Part shown: one piece after another, positions 28,201 to 43,363 of the stretch
Layout of the letters: each line of letters starts with the position of its first letter
Position numbering within the stretch: the stretch's first letter is position 1
Assembly (NCBI GenBank): GCA_964016885.1
Contig: OZ024756.1
Coordinates: forward strand, 2,542,001 to 2,606,000
Reading direction: 5' to 3'
DNA from: Eledone cirrhosa
Taxonomy: Eukaryota
DNA length: 64,000 nt
The notes under the pieces: generated by a model
Database searches by the model: none
What the model saw: the letters and a program-made list of their open reading frames with translations, nothing else
What the model was told of the DNA's origin: nothing
Position numbers and translations under genes: made by a program

Positions 28201-30654
28201 CAAGTCAGTGCCACTACTACTGCAGTGCATGTGAAGTCAGTGCCACTACTACTGCAGTGTATGTCAAGTCAGTGTCACTACTACTGCAGTGTATGTCAAG
28301 TCAGTGCCACTACTACTGCAGTGTATGTCAAGTCAGTGTCACTACAACTGCAGTGCATGTCAAGTCAGTGTCACTACTACTGTAATGTATGTCAAGTCAG
28401 TGTCACTACTACTGCAGTTATATGTCAAGTCAGTGTCACTACTACTGCAGTGTATGTCAAGTCAGTGTCACTACTACTGCAGTGTATGTCAAGTCAGTGT
28501 CACTACTACTGCAGTGTATGTCAAGTCAGTGTCACTACTACTGCAGTGTATGTCAATCAGTGCCACTACTACTGCAGTACATGTCAAGTCAGTGTCACTA
28601 CTACTGAAGTATATGTCAAGTCAGTGTCACTACTACTGCAGTTATATGTCAAGTCAGTGTCACTACTACTGCAGTGTATGTCAAGTCAGTGTCACTACTA
28701 CTGCAGTGTATGTCAAGTCAGTGTCACTACTACTGCAGTGCATGTCAATCAGTGCCACTACTACTGCAGTACATGTCAAGTCAGTGTCACTACTACTGAA
28801 GTATATGTCAAGTCAGTGCCACTACTACTGCAGTGCATGTCAAGTCAGTGTCACTACTACTGTAATGTATGTCAAGTCAGTGTCACTACTACTGCAGTGT
28901 ATGTCAAGTCAGTGCCACTACTACTGCAGTGTATGTCAAGTCAGTGTCACTACTACTGAAGTGTATGTCAAGTCAGTGTCACTACTACTGCAGTGTATGT
29001 CAAGTCAGTGTCACTACTACTGCAGTGTATGTCAAGTCAGTACCACTACTACTGAAGTGTATTTTTAAGTCGGTGTCACTACTACTGCAGTGTATGTCAA
29101 GTCTGTGTCACTACTATTGCAGTGTATGTCTAGTCAGTTCCACTACTACTGAATTGTATGTCAAGTCGGTGTCACTACTACTGCAGTCCATGTCAAGTCG
29201 GTGTCACTACTACTGCTGTGTATGTCAAGTCAGTGCCACTACTACTGCAGTGTATGTCAAGTCAGTGTCACTACTACTGAAGTGTATGTCAAGTCAGCGT
29301 CACTACTACTGAAGTGTATGTCAAGTCAGTAACACTACTACTGCAGTGTATGTCAAGTCAGTGTCACTACTACTGCAGTGCATGTCAAGTCGGTGTCACT
29401 ACTACTGCAGTACATGTCAAGTCAGCGTCACTACTACTGAAGTGTATGTCAAGTCAGCGTCACTACTACTGCAGTCCATGTCAAGTCGGTGTCACTACTA
29501 CTGCAGTCCATGTCAAGTCAGTGTCACTACTACTGCAGTGTATATCAAGTCACTGTCACTACTACTGCAGTGTATGTCAAGTCGGTGTCACTACTACTGC
29601 AGTGTATGTCAAGTCACTGTCACTACTACTGCAGTGTATGTCAAGTCAGTACCACAACTACTGAAGTGTATGTCAAGTCGGTGTCACTACTACTGCAGTG
29701 TATGTCAAGTCGGTGTCACTACTACTGAAGTGTATGTCAAGTCACTGTCACTACTACTGCAGTGTATGTCAAGTCAGTACCACAACTACTGAAGTGTATG
29801 TCAAGTCGGTGTCACTACTACTGCAGTCCATGTCAAGTCGGCGTCACTACTACTGCAGTGTATGTCAAGTCGGTGTCACTACTACTGCAGTCCATGTCAA
29901 GTCGGTGACACTACTACTGAAGTGTATGTCAAGTCGGTGTCACTACTACTGCAGTGTATGTCAAGTCAGTGTCACTACTACTGCAGTGTATGGCAAGTCA
30001 GTGTCACTACTACTGAAGTGTATGTCAAGTCAGGTTCACTATTACTGCAGTGTATGTCAAGTCAGTGTCACTACTACTGCAGTGTATGTCAAGTCAGTGT
30101 CACTACTACTGAAGTGTATGTCAAGTCAGTTCCTCTACTACTGCAGTGTATGTCAAATCAGTGTCACTACTACGGCAGTGTATGTCAAGTCAGTGTCACT
30201 ACTACTGCAGTGTATGTAAAGTCAGTGCCACTACTACTGCAGTGTATGTCAAGTCAGTGTCACTACTACTACAGTGTATGTCAAGTCAGTGTCACTACTA
30301 TTGCAGTGTATGTAAAGTCAGTACCACTACTACTGCAGTGTATGTCATGTCAGTGTCACTACTACTGAAGTGTATGTCAAGTCAGTGCCACTACTACTGC
30401 AGTGTATGTCAAGTCAGTGCCACTACTACTGCAGTGTATGTCAAGTCAGTGCCACTACTACTGCAGTGTATGTCAAGTCAGTGTCACTACTACTGCAGTG
30501 TATATCAAGTCAGTGTCCCTACTACTGCAGTGCATGTCAAGTCAGTGTCACTACTACTGCAGTGTATGTCAAGTCAGTGTCACTACTACTGCAGTGTATG
30601 TCAAGTCAGTGCCACTACTACTGCAGTCCATGTCAAGTCGGTGTCACTACTATT
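22287..30654. repeat. Patchwork zone of the same satellite without a multi-kb near-identical partner; short local 2-7-mer duplications
   Basis: TCAAGTAAGTTC occurs at 22281/22409 and 25641/25769, and GTCCCAC..GCATTG at 23601/23729 (128-bp spacing). Many variants are private to this zone (GTCATTG, GTCGAG, CTACTTCAG). Confidence 0.75.
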
Positions 30655-33600
30655 GCAGTGTATGTCAAGTCAGTGTCACTACTACTGCAGTGTATGTCAA
30701 GTCAGTGTCACTACTACTGCAGTACATGTCAAGTCAGTGTCTCTACTACTGAAGTGTATGTCAAGTCAGTGTCACTACTACTGCAGTGTATGTCAAGTCA
30801 GTGTGACTACTACTGAAGTGTATGTCAAGTCAGTGTCACTACTACTGCAGTGTATGTCAAGTCAGTGCCACTACTACTGCAGTGTATGTCAAGTCAGTGT
30901 CACTACTACTGCACTGTATGTCAAGTCAGTGACACTACTACTGCAGTACATGTCAAGTCAGTGTCACTACTACTGCAGTGTATGTCAAGTCAGTACCACT
31001 ACTACTGCTGTGTATGTCAAGTCAGTGTCACTACTACTGCAGTACATGTCAAGTCAGTGTCACTCCTACTGAAGTGTATGTCAAGTCAGTGCCACTACTA
31101 CTGCAGTGCATGTCAAGTCAGTGCCACTACTACTGCAGTGTATGTCAAGTCAGTGCCTCTACTACTGCAGTGTATGTCAAGTCAGTGTCACTACTACTGC
31201 ACTGTATGTCAAGTCAGTGCCACTACTACTGCAGTGTATGTCAAGTCAGTGTCACTACTATTGAAGTGTATGTCAAGACAGTGTCACTACTACTGCAGTG
31301 TATGTCAAGTCAGGTGACTACTACTGACGTGTATGTCAATTCAGTGTCACTACTACTGCAGTGTATGTCAAGTCAGTGTCACAACTACTGCACTGTATGT
31401 CAAGTCAGTGTCACTACTACTGCAGTGTATTGCAAGTCAGTGTGACTACTACTGAAGTGTATGTCAAGTCAGTGTCACTACTACTGCAGTGTATGTCAAG
31501 TCAGTTCCACTACTACTGCAGTACATGTCAAGTCAGTGTTACTACTACTGAAGTGTATGTCAAGTCAGTGTCACTACTACTGCAGTGCATGTCAGGTCAG
31601 TGCCACTACTACTGCAGTGTATGTCAAGTCAGTGTCACTACTACTGCAGTTATATGTCAAGTCAGTGTCACTACTACTGCAGTGTATGTCAAGTCAGTGT
31701 CACTACTACTGCAGTGTATGTCAAGTCAGTGTCACTACTACTGCAGTGCATGTCAATCAGTGCCACTACTACTGCAGTACATGTCAAGTCAGTGTCACTA
31801 CTACTGAAGTATATGTCAAGTCAGTGCCACTACTACTGCAGTGCATGTCAAGTCAGTGCCACTACTACTGCAGTGTATGTCAAGTCAGTGTCACTACTAC
31901 TGCAGTGTATGTCAAGTCAGTGCCACTACTACTGCAGTGTATGTCAAGTCAGTGTCACTACAACTGCAGTGCATGTCAAGTCAGTGTCACTACTACTGTA
32001 ATGTATGTCAAGTCAGTGTCACTACTACTGCAGTGCATGTCAAGTCAGTGTCACTACTACTGCAGTGTATGTCAAGTCAGTGTCACTACAACTGCAGAGC
32101 ATGTCAAGTCAGTGTCACTGCTACTGCAGTGTATGTCAAGTCAGTACCACTACTACTGCAGTGTATGTCAAGTCAGTGTCACTACTACTGCAGTGTATGT
32201 CAAGTCAGTGCCACTACTACTGCAGTGTATGTCAATTCAGTGTCACTACTACTGAAGTGTATGTCAAGTCAGTGTCACTACTACTGCAGTGTATGTCAAG
32301 TCAGTGTCACTACTACTGCAGTGTATGTCAAGTCAGTGCCACTACTACTGCAGTGTATGTCAAGTCTGTGTCACTACTACTGCAGTACATGTCAAGTCAG
32401 TGCCACTACTACTGCAGTGTATGTCAAGTCAGTGTCACTACTACTGCAGTGTATGTCAAGTCAGTGCCACTACTACTGCAGTGTATGTCTAGTCAGTACC
32501 ACTACTACTGAATTGTATGTCAAGTCGGTGTCACTACTACTGCAGTCCATGTCAAGTCGGTGTCACTACTACTGCAGTGTATGTCAAGTCAGTGCCACTA
32601 CTACTGCAGTGTATGTCAAGTCAGTGTCACTACTACTGAAGTGTATGTCAAGTCAGCGTCACTACTACTGAAGTGTATGTCAAGTCAGTAACACTACTAC
32701 TGCAGTGTATGTCAAGTCAGTGTCACTACTACTGCAGTGCATGTCAAGTCGGTGTCACTACTACTGCAGTACATGTCAAGTCAGCGTCACTACTACTGAA
32801 GTGTATGTCAAGTCGGTGTCACTACTACTGCAGTCCATGTCAAGTCGGTGTCACTACTACTGCAGTCCATGTCAAGTCGGTGTCACTACTACTGCAGTGT
32901 ATGTCAAGTCACTGTCACTACTACTGCAGTGTATGTCAAGTCAGTACCACTACTACTGAAGTGTATGTCAAGTCGGTGTCACTACTACTGCAGTCCATGT
33001 CAAGTCGGTGTCACTACTACTGCAGTGTATGTCAAGTCGGTGTCACTACTATTGCAGTCCATGTCAAGTCGGTGACACTACTACTGCAGTGTATGTCAAG
33101 TCAGTGTCACTATTACTGCAGTCCATGTCAAGTCGGTGTCACTACTACTGCAGTGTATGTCAAGTCACTGTCACTACTACTGCAGTGTATGTCAAGTCAG
33201 TACCACTACTACTGAAGTGTATGTCAAGTCGGTGTCACTACTACTGCAGTCCATGTCAAGTCAGTGTCACTACTACTGCAGTCCATGTCAAGTCAGTGTC
33301 ACTACTACTGCAATGTATGTCAAGTCAGTGTCACTACTACTGCAGTGTATGTCAAGTCAGTGTCACTACTACTGCAGTCCATGTCAAGTCGGTGTCACTA
33401 CTACTGCAGTGTATGTCAAGTCAGTGTCACTTCTACTGCAGTGTATGTCAAGTCAGTGTCACTACTACTGCAGTGTATGGCAAGTCAGTGTCACTACTAC
33501 TGAAGTGTATGTCAAGTCAGGTTCACTATTACTGCAGTGTATGTCAAGTCAGTGTCACTACTACTGCAGTGTATGTCAAGTCAGTGTCACTACTACTGCA

Positions 33601-36600
33601 GTGTATTTCAAGTCAGTGTCACTACTACGGCAGTGTATGTCAAGTCAGTGTCACTACTACTGCAGTGTATGTAAAGTCAGTGCCACTACTACTGCAGTGT
33701 ATGTCAAGTCAGTGTCACTACTACTACAGTGTATGTCAAGTCAGTGTCACTACTATTGCAGTGTATGTCAAGTCAGTACCACTACTACTGCAGTGTATGT
33801 CATGTCAGTGTCACTAATACTGAAGTGTATGTCAAGTCAGTGCCACTACTACTGCAGTGTATGTCAAGTCAGTGCCACTACTACTGCAGTGTATGTCAAG
33901 TCAGTGTCACTACTACTGCAGTGTATGTCAAGTCAGTGTCACTACTACTGCAGTTATATGTCAAGTCAGTGTCACTACTACTGCAGTGTATGTCAAGTCA
34001 GTGTCACTACTACTGCAGTGTATGTCAAGTCAGTGTCACTACTACTGCAGTGCATGTCAATCAGTGCCACTACTACTGCAGTACATGTCAAGTCAGTGTC
34101 ACTACTACTGAAGTATATGTCAAGTCAGTGCCACTACTACTGCAGTGCATGTCAAGTCAGTGCCACTACTACTGCAGTGTATGTCAAGTCAGTGTCACTA
34201 CTACTGCAGTGTATGTCAAGTCAGTGCCACTACTACTGCAGTGTATGTCAAGTCAGTGTCACTACAACTGCAGTGCATGTCAAGTCAGTGTCACTACTAC
34301 TGTAATGTATGTCAACTCAGTGTCACTACTACTGCAGTGCATGTCAAGTCAGTGTCACTACTACTGCAGTGTATGTCAAGTCAGTGTCACTACAACTGCA
34401 GAGCATGTCAAGTCAGTGTCACTGCTACTGCAGTGTATGTCAAGTCAGTACCACTACTACTGCAGTGTATGTCAAGTCAGTGTCACTACTACTGCAGTGT
34501 ATGTCAAGTCAGTGCCACTACTACTGCAGTGTATGTCAAGTCAGTGTCACTACTACTGAAGTGTATGTCAAGTCAGTGTCACTACTACTGCAGTGTATGT
34601 CAAGTCAGTGTCACTACTACTGCAGTGTATGTCAAGTCAGTGTCACTACTACTGCAGTACATGTCAAGTCAGTGTCTCTACTACTGAAGTGTATGTCAAG
34701 TCAGTGTCACTACTACTGCAGTGTATGTCAAGTCAGTGTGACTACTACTGAAGTGTATGTCAAGTCAGTGTCACTACTACTGCAGTGTATGTCAAGTCAG
34801 TGCCACTACTACTGCAGTGTATGTCAAGTCAGTGTCACTACTACTGCACTGTATGTCAAGTCAGTGACACTACTACTGCAGTACATGTCAAGTCAGTGTC
34901 ACTACTACTGCAGTGTATGTCAAGTCAGTACCACTACTACTGCTGTGTATGTCAAGTCAGTGTCACTACTACTGCAGTACATGTCAAGTCAGTGTCACTC
35001 CTACTGAAGTGTATGTCAAGTCAGTGCCACTACTACTGCAGTGCATGTCAAGTCAGTGCCACTACTACTGCAGTGTATGTCAAGTCAGTGCCTCTACTAC
35101 TGCAGTGTATGTCAAGTCAGTGTCACTACTACTGCACTGTATGTCAAGTCAGTGCCACTACTACTGCAGTGTATGTCAAGTCAGTGTCACTACTATTGAA
35201 GTGTATGTCAAGACAGTGTCACCACTACTGCAGTGTATGTCAAGTCAGGTGACTACTACTGACGTGTATGTCAATTCAGTGTCACTACTACTGCAGTGTA
35301 TGTCAAGTCAGTGTCACAACTACTGCACTGTATGTCAAGTCAGTGTCACTACTACTGCAGTGTATTGCAAGTCAGTGTGACTACTACTGAAGTGTATGTC
35401 AAGTCAGTGTCACTACTACTGCAGTGTATGTCAAGTCAGTTCCACTACTACTGCAGTACATGTCAAGTCAGTGTTACTACTACTGAAGTGTATGTCAAGT
35501 CAGTGTCACTACTACTGCAGTGCATGTCAGGTCAGTGCCACTACTACTGCAGTGTATGTCAAGTCAGTGTCACTACTACTGCAGTTATATGTCAAGTCAG
35601 TGTCACTACTACTGCAGTGTATGTCAAGTCAGTGTCACTACTACTGCAGTGTATGTCAAGTCAGTGTCACTACTACTGCAGTGCATGTCAATCAGTGCCA
35701 CTACTACTGCAGTACATGTCAAGTCAGTGTCACTACTAATGAAGTATATGTCAAGTCAGTGCCACTACTACTGCAGTGCATGTCAAGTCAGTGCCACTAC
35801 TACTGCAGTGTATGTCAAGTCAGTGTCACTACTACTGCAGTGTATGTCAAGTCAGTGCCACTACTACTGCAGTGTATGTCAAGTCAGTGTCACTACAACT
35901 GCAGTGCATGTCAAGTCAGTGTCACTACTACTGTAATGTATGTCAAGTCAGTGTCACTACTACTGCAGTGCATGTCAAGTCAGTGTCACTACTACTGCAG
36001 TGTATGTCAAGTCAGTGTCACTACAACTGCAGAGCATGTCAAGTCAGTGTCACTGCTACTGCAGTGTATGTCAAGTCAGTACCACTACTACTGCAGTGTA
36101 TGTCAAGTCAGTGTCACTACTACTGCAGTGTATGTCAAGTCAGTGCCACTACTACTGCAGTGTATGTCAAGTCAGTGTCACTACTACTGAAGTGTATGTC
36201 AAGTCAGTGTCACTACTACTGCAGTGTATGTCAAGTCAGTGTCACTACTACTGCAGTGTATGTCAAGTCAGTGCCACTACTACTGCAGTGTATGTCAAGT
36301 CTGTGTCACTACTACTGCAGTACATGTCAAGTCAGTGCCACTACTACTGCAGTGTATGTCAAGTCAGTGTCACTACTACTGCAGTGTATGTCAAGTCAGT
36401 GCCACTACTACTGCAGTGTATGTCTAGTCAGTACCACTACTACTGAATTGTATGTCAAGTCGGTGTCACTACTACTGCAGTCCATGTCAAGTCGGTGTCA
36501 CTACTACTGCAGTGTATGTCAAGTCAGTGCCACTACTACTGCAGTGTATGTCAAGTCAGTGTCACTACTACTGAAGTGTATGTCAAGTCAGCGTCACTAC

Positions 36601-38577
36601 TACTGAAGTGTATGTCAAGTCAGTAACACTACTACTGCAGTGTATGTCAAGTCAGTGTCACTACTACTGCAGTGCATGTCAAGTCGGTGTCACTACTACT
36701 GCAGTACATGTCAAGTCAGCGTCACTACTACAGAAGTGTATGTCAAGTCGGTGTCACTACTACTGCAGTCCATGTCAAGTCGGTGTCACTACTACTGCAG
36801 TCCATGTCAAGTCGGTGTCACTACTACTGCAGTGTATGTCAAGTCACTGTCACTACTACTGCAGTGTATGTCAAGTCAGTACCACTACTACTGAAGTGTA
36901 TGTCAAGTCGGTGTCACTACTACTGCAGTCCATGTCAAGTCGGTGTCACTACTACTGCAGTGTATGTCAAGTCGGTGTCACTACTACTGCAGTCCATGTC
37001 AAGTCGGTGACACTACTACTGCAGTGTATGTCAAGTCAGTGTCACTATTACTGCAGTCCATGTCAAGTCGGTGTCACTACTACTGCAGTGTATGTCAAGT
37101 CACTGTCACTACTACTGCAGTGTATGTCAAGTCAGTACCACTACTACTGAAGTGTATGTCAAGTCGGTGTCACTACTACTGCAGTCCATGTCAAGTCAGT
37201 GTCACTACTACTGCAGTCCATGTCAAGTCAGTGTCACTACTACTGCAATGTATGTCAAGTCAGTGTCACTACTACTGAAGTGTATGTCAAGTCAGTGTCA
37301 CTACTACTGCAGTCCATGTCAAGTCGGTGTCACTACTACTGCAGTGTATGTCAAGTCAGTGTCACTTCTACTGCAGTGTATGTCAAGTCAGTGTCACTAC
37401 TACTGCAGTGTATGGCAAGTCAGTGTCACTACTACTGAAGTGTATGTCAAGTCAGGTTCACTATTACTGCAGTGTATGTCAAGTCAGTGTCACTACTACT
37501 GCAGTGTATGTCAAGTCAGTGTCACTACTACTGCAGTGTATGTCAAGTCAGTGTCACTACTACGGCAGTGTATGTCAAGTCAGTGTCACTACTACTGCAG
37601 TGTATGTAAAGTCAGTGCCACTACTACTGCAGTGTATGTCAAGTCAGTGTCACTACTACTACAGTGTATGTCAAGTCAGTGTCACTACTATTGCAGTGTA
37701 TGTCAAGTCAGTACCACTACTACTGCAGTGTATGTCATGTCAGTGTCACTAATACTGAAGTGTATGTCAAGTCAGTGCCACTACTACTGCAGTGTATGTC
37801 AAGTCAGTGCCACTACTACTGCAGTGTATGTCAAGTCAGTGTCACTACTACTGCAGTGTATGTCAAGTCAGTGTCACTACTACTGCAGTTATATGTCAAG
37901 TCAGTGTCACTACTACTGCAGTGTATGTCAAGTCAGTGTCACTACTACTGCAGTGTATGTCAAGTCAGTGTCACTACTACTGCAGTGCATGTCAATCAGT
38001 GCCACTACTACTGCAGTACATGTCAAGTCAGTGTCACTACTACTGAAGTATATGTCAAGTCAGTGCCACTACTACTGCAGTGCATGTCAAGTCAGTGCCA
38101 CTACTACTGCAGTGTATGTCAAGTCAGTGTCACTACTACTGCAGTGTATGTCAAGTCAGTGCCACTACTACTGCAGTGTATGTCAAGTCAGTGTCACTAC
38201 AACTGCAGTGCATGTCAAGTCAGTGTCACTACTACTGTAATGTATGTCAACTCAGTGTCACTACTACTGCAGTGCATGTCAAGTCAGTGTCACTACTACT
38301 GCAGTGTATGTCAAGTCAGTGTCACTACAACTGCAGAGCATGTCAAGTCAGTGTCACTGCTACTGCAGTGTATGTCAAGTCAGTACCACTACTACTGCAG
38401 TGTATGTCAAGTCAGTGCCACTACTACTGCAGTGTATGTCAAGTCAGTGCCACTACTACTGCAGTGTATGTCAAGTCAGTGTCACTACTACTGAAGTGTA
38501 TGTCAAGTCAGTGTCACTACTACTGCAGTGTATGTCAAGTCAGTGTCACTACTACTGCAGTGTATGTCAAGTCAGTG
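30655..38577. repeat. Tandem duplication of a 3935-bp (123-monomer, -1 bp) HOR unit; a third partial copy lies at about 41040-43740 (+10430)
   Basis: Offsets are 30850/34785, 32673/36608 and 33729/37664 (3935), and 30850/41280 (10430). The marker CAGGTGACTACTACTGACG is at 31311, 35246 and 41741. Confidence 0.92.
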
Positions 38578-41500
38578 CCACTACTACTGCAGTGTATGTC
38601 AAGTCTGTGTCACTACTACTGCAGTACATGTCAAGTCAGTGCCACTACTACTGCAGTGTATGTCAAGTCAGTGTCACTACTACTGCAGTGTATGTCAAGT
38701 CAGTGCCACTACTACTGCAGTGTATGTCAAGTCAGTGTCACTACTACTGAAGTGTATGTCAAGTCAGCGTCACTACTACTGAAGTGTATGTCAAGTCAGT
38801 AACACTACTACTGCAGTGTATGTCAAGTCAGTGTCACTACTACTGCAGTGCATGTCAAGTCGGTGTCACTACTACTGCAGTACATGTCAAGTCAGCGTCA
38901 CTACTACTGAAGTGTATGTCAAGTCGGTGTCACTACTACTGCAGTCCATGTCAAGTCGGTGTCACTACTACTGCAGTCCATGTCAAGTCGGTGTCACTAC
39001 TACTGCAGTGTATGTCAAGTCACTGTCACTACTACTGCAGTGTATGTCAAGTCAGTACCACTACTACTGAAGTGTATGTCAAGTCGGTGTCACTACTACT
39101 GCAGTCCATGTCAAGTCGGTGTCACTACTACTGCAGTGTATGTCAAGTCGGTGTCACTACTACTGCAGTCCATGTCAAGTCGGTGACACTACTACTGCAG
39201 TGTATGTCAAGTCGGTGTCACTATTACTGCAGTCCATGTCAAGTCGGTGTCACTACTACTGCAGTGTATGTCAAGTCACTGTCACTACTACTGCAGTGTA
39301 TGTCAAGTCAGTACCACTACTACTGAAGTGTATGTCAAGTCGGTGTCACTACTACTGCAGTCCATGTCAAGTCGGTGTCACTACTACTGCAGTCCATGTC
39401 AAGTCGGTGTCACTACTACTGCAATGTATGTCAAGTCAGTGTCACTACTACTGCAGTGTATGTCAAGTCAGTGTCACTACTACTGCAGTGTATGTCAAGT
39501 CAGTGTCACTACTACTGAAGTGTATGTCAAGTCAGTGTCACTACTACTGCAATGTATGTCAAGTCAGTGTCACTACTACTGCAGTGTATGTCAAGTCAGT
39601 GTCACTACTACTGCAGTCCATGTCAAGTCGGTGTCACTACTACTGCAGTGTATGTCAAGTCAGTGTCACTTCTACTGCAGTGTATGTCAAGTCAGTGTCA
39701 CTACTACTGCAGTGTATGGCAAGTCAGTGTCACTACTACTGAAGTGTATGTCAAGTCAGGTTCACTATTACTGCAGTGTATGTCAAGTCAGTGTCACTAC
39801 TACTGCAGTGTATGTCAAGTCAGTGTCACTACTACTGCAGTGTATGTCAAGTCAGTGTCACTACTACGGCAGTGTATGTCAAGTCAGTGTCACTACTACT
39901 GCAGTGTATGTAAAGTCAGTGCCACTACTACTGCAGTGTATGTCAAGTCAGTGTCACTACTACTGCAGTGTGTGTCAAGTCAGTGTCACTACTACTGAAG
40001 TGTATGTCAAGTCAGTGTCACTATTACTGCAATGTATGTCAAGTCAGTGTCACTACTACTGCAGTGTATGTCAAGTCAGTGTCACTACTACTGCAGTCCA
40101 TGTCAAATCGGTGTCACTACTACTGCAGTGTATGTCAAGTCAGTGTCACTTCTACTGCAGTGTATGTCAAGTCAGTGTCACTACTACTGCAGTGTATGGC
40201 AAGTCAGTGTCACTACTACTGAAGTGTATGTCAAGTCAGGTTCACTATTACTGCAGTGTATGTCAAGTCAGTGTCACTACTACTGCAGTGTATGTCAAGT
40301 CAGTGTCACTACTACTGAAGTGTATGTCAAGTCAGTGCCTCTACTACTGCAGTGTATGTCAAATCAGTGTCACTACTACGGCAGTGTATGTCAAGTCAGT
40401 GTCACTACTACTGCAGTGTATGTAAAGTCAGTGCCACTACTACTGCAGTGTATGTCAAGTCAGTGTCACTACTACTACAGTGTATGTCAAGTCAGTGTCA
40501 CTACTATTGCAGTGTATGTCAAGTCAGTACCACTACTACTGCAGTGTATGTCATGTCAGTGTCACTACTACTGAAGTGTATGTCAAGTCAGTGCCACTAC
40601 TACTGCAGTGTATGTCAAGTCAGTGCCACTACTACTGCAGTGTATGTCAAGTCAGTGCCACTACTACTGCAGTGTATGTCAAGTCAGTGTCACTACTACT
40701 GCAGTGTATATCAAGTCAGTGTCCCTACTACTGCAGTGCATGTCAAGTCAGTGTCACTACTACTGCAGTGTATGTCAAGTCAGTGCCACTACTACTGCAG
40801 TCCATGTCAAGTCGGTGTCACTACTATTGCAGTGTATGTCAAGTCAGTACCACTACTACTGCAGTGTATGTCATGTCAGTGTCACTACTACTGAAGTGTA
40901 TGTCAAGTCAGTGCCACTACTACTGCAGTGTATGTCAAGTCAGTGCCACTACTACTGCAGTGTATGTCAAGTCAGTGCCACTACTACTGCAGTGTATGTC
41001 AAGTCAGTGTCACTACTACTGCAGTGTATGTCAAGTCAGTGCCACTACTACTGCAGTCCATGTCAAGTCGGTGTCACTACTATTGCAGTGTATGTCAAGT
41101 CAGTGTCACTACTACTGCAGTGTATGTCAAGTCAGTGTCACTACTACTGCAGTACATGTCAAGTCAGTGTCTCTACTACTGAAGTGTATGTCAAGTCAGT
41201 GTCACTACTACTGCAGTGTATGTCAAGTCAGTGTGACTACTACTGAAGTGTATGTCAAGTCAGTGTCACTACTACTGCAGTGTATGTCAAGTCAGTGCCA
41301 CTACTACTGCAGTGTATGTCAAGTCAGTGTCACTACTACTGCACTGTATGTCAAGTCAGTGACACTACTACTGCAGTACATGTCAAGTCAGTGTCACTAC
41401 TACTGCAGTGTATGTCAAGTCAGTACCACTACTACTGCTGTGTATGTCAAGTCAGTGTCACTACTACTGCAGTACATGTCAAGTCAGTGTCACTCCTACT

Positions 41501-43363
41501 GAAGTGTATGTCAAGTCAGTGCCACTACTACTGCAGTGCATGTCAAGTCAGTGCCACTACTACTGCAGTGTATGTCAAGTCAGTGCCTCTACTACTGCAG
41601 TGTATGTCAAGTCAGTGTCACTACTACTGCACTGTATGTCAAGTCAGTGCCACTACTACTGCAGTGTATGTCAAGTCAGTGTCACTACTATTGAAGTGTA
41701 TGTCAAGACAGTGTCACTACTACTGCAGTGTATGTCAAGTCAGGTGACTACTACTGACGTGTATGTCAATTCAGTGTCACTACTACTGCAGTGTATGTCA
41801 AGTCAGTGTCACAACTACTGCACTGTATGTCAAGTCAGTGTCACTACTACTGCAGTGTATTGCAAGTCAGTGTGACTACTACTGAAGTGTATGTCAAGTC
41901 AGTGTCACTACTACTGCAGTGTATGTCAAGTCAGTTCCACTACTACTGCAGTACATGTCAAGTCAGTGTTACTACTACTGAAGTGTATGTCAAGTCAGTG
42001 TCACTACTACTGCAGTGCATGTCAAGTCAGTGCCACTACTACTGCAGTGTATGTCAAGTCAGTGTCACTACTACTGCAGTTATATGTCAAGTCAGTGTCA
42101 CTACTACTGCAGTGTATGTCAAGTCAGTGTCACTACTACTGCAGTGTATGTCAAGTCAGTGTCACTACTACTGCAGTGCATGTCAATCAGTGCCACTACT
42201 ACTGCAGTACATGTCAAGTCAGTGTCACTACTACTGAAGTATATGTCAAGTCAGTGCCACTACTACTGCAGTGCATGTCAAGTCAGTGCCACTACTACTG
42301 CAGTGTATGTCAAGTCAGTGTCACTACTACTGCAGTGTATGTCAAGTCAGTGCCACTACTACTGCAGTGTATGTCAAGTCAGTGTCACTACAACTGCAGT
42401 GCATGTCAAGTCAGTGTCACTACTACTGTAATGTATGTCAAGTCAGTGTCACTACTACTGCAGTGCATGTCAAGTCAGTGTCACTACTACTGCAGTGTAT
42501 GTCAAGTCAGTGTCACTACAACTGCAGAGCATGTCAAGTCAGTGTCACTGCTACTGCAGTGTATGTCAAGTCAGTACCACTACTACTGCAGTGTATGTCA
42601 AGTCAGTGTCACTACTACTGCAGTGTATGTCAAGTCAGTGCCACTACTACTGCAGTGTATGTCAAGTCAGTGTCACTACTACTGAAGTGTATGTCAAGTC
42701 AGTGTCACTACTACTGCAGTGTATGTCAAGTCAGTGTCACTACTACTGCAGTGTATGTCAAGTCAGTGCCACTACTACTGCAGTGTATGTCAAGTCTGTG
42801 TCACTACTACTGCAGTACATGTCAAGTCAGTGCCACTACTACTGCAGTGTATGTCAAGTCAGTGTCACTACTACTGCAGTGTATGTCAAGTCAGTGCCAC
42901 TACTACTGCAGTGTATGTCTAGTCAGTACCACTACTACTGAATTGTATGTCAAGTCGGTGTCACTACTACTGCAGTCCATGTCAAGTCGGTGTCACTACT
43001 ACTGCAGTGTATGTCAAGTCAGTGCCACTACTACTGCAGTGTATGTCAAGTCAGTGTCACTACTACTGAAGTGTATGTCAAGTCAGCGTCACTACTACTG
43101 AAGTGTATGTCAAGTCAGTAACACTACTACTGCAGTGTATGTCAAGTCAGTGTCACTACTACTGCAGTGCATGTCAAGTCGGTGTCACTACTACTGCAGT
43201 ACATGTCAAGTCAGCGTCACTACTACTGAAGTGTATGTCAAGTCGGTGTCACTACTACTGCAGTCCATGTCAAGTCGGTGTCACTACTACTGCAGTCCAT
43301 GTCAAGTCGGTGTCACTACTACTGCAGTGTATGTCAAGTCACTGTCACTACTACTGCAGTGTA

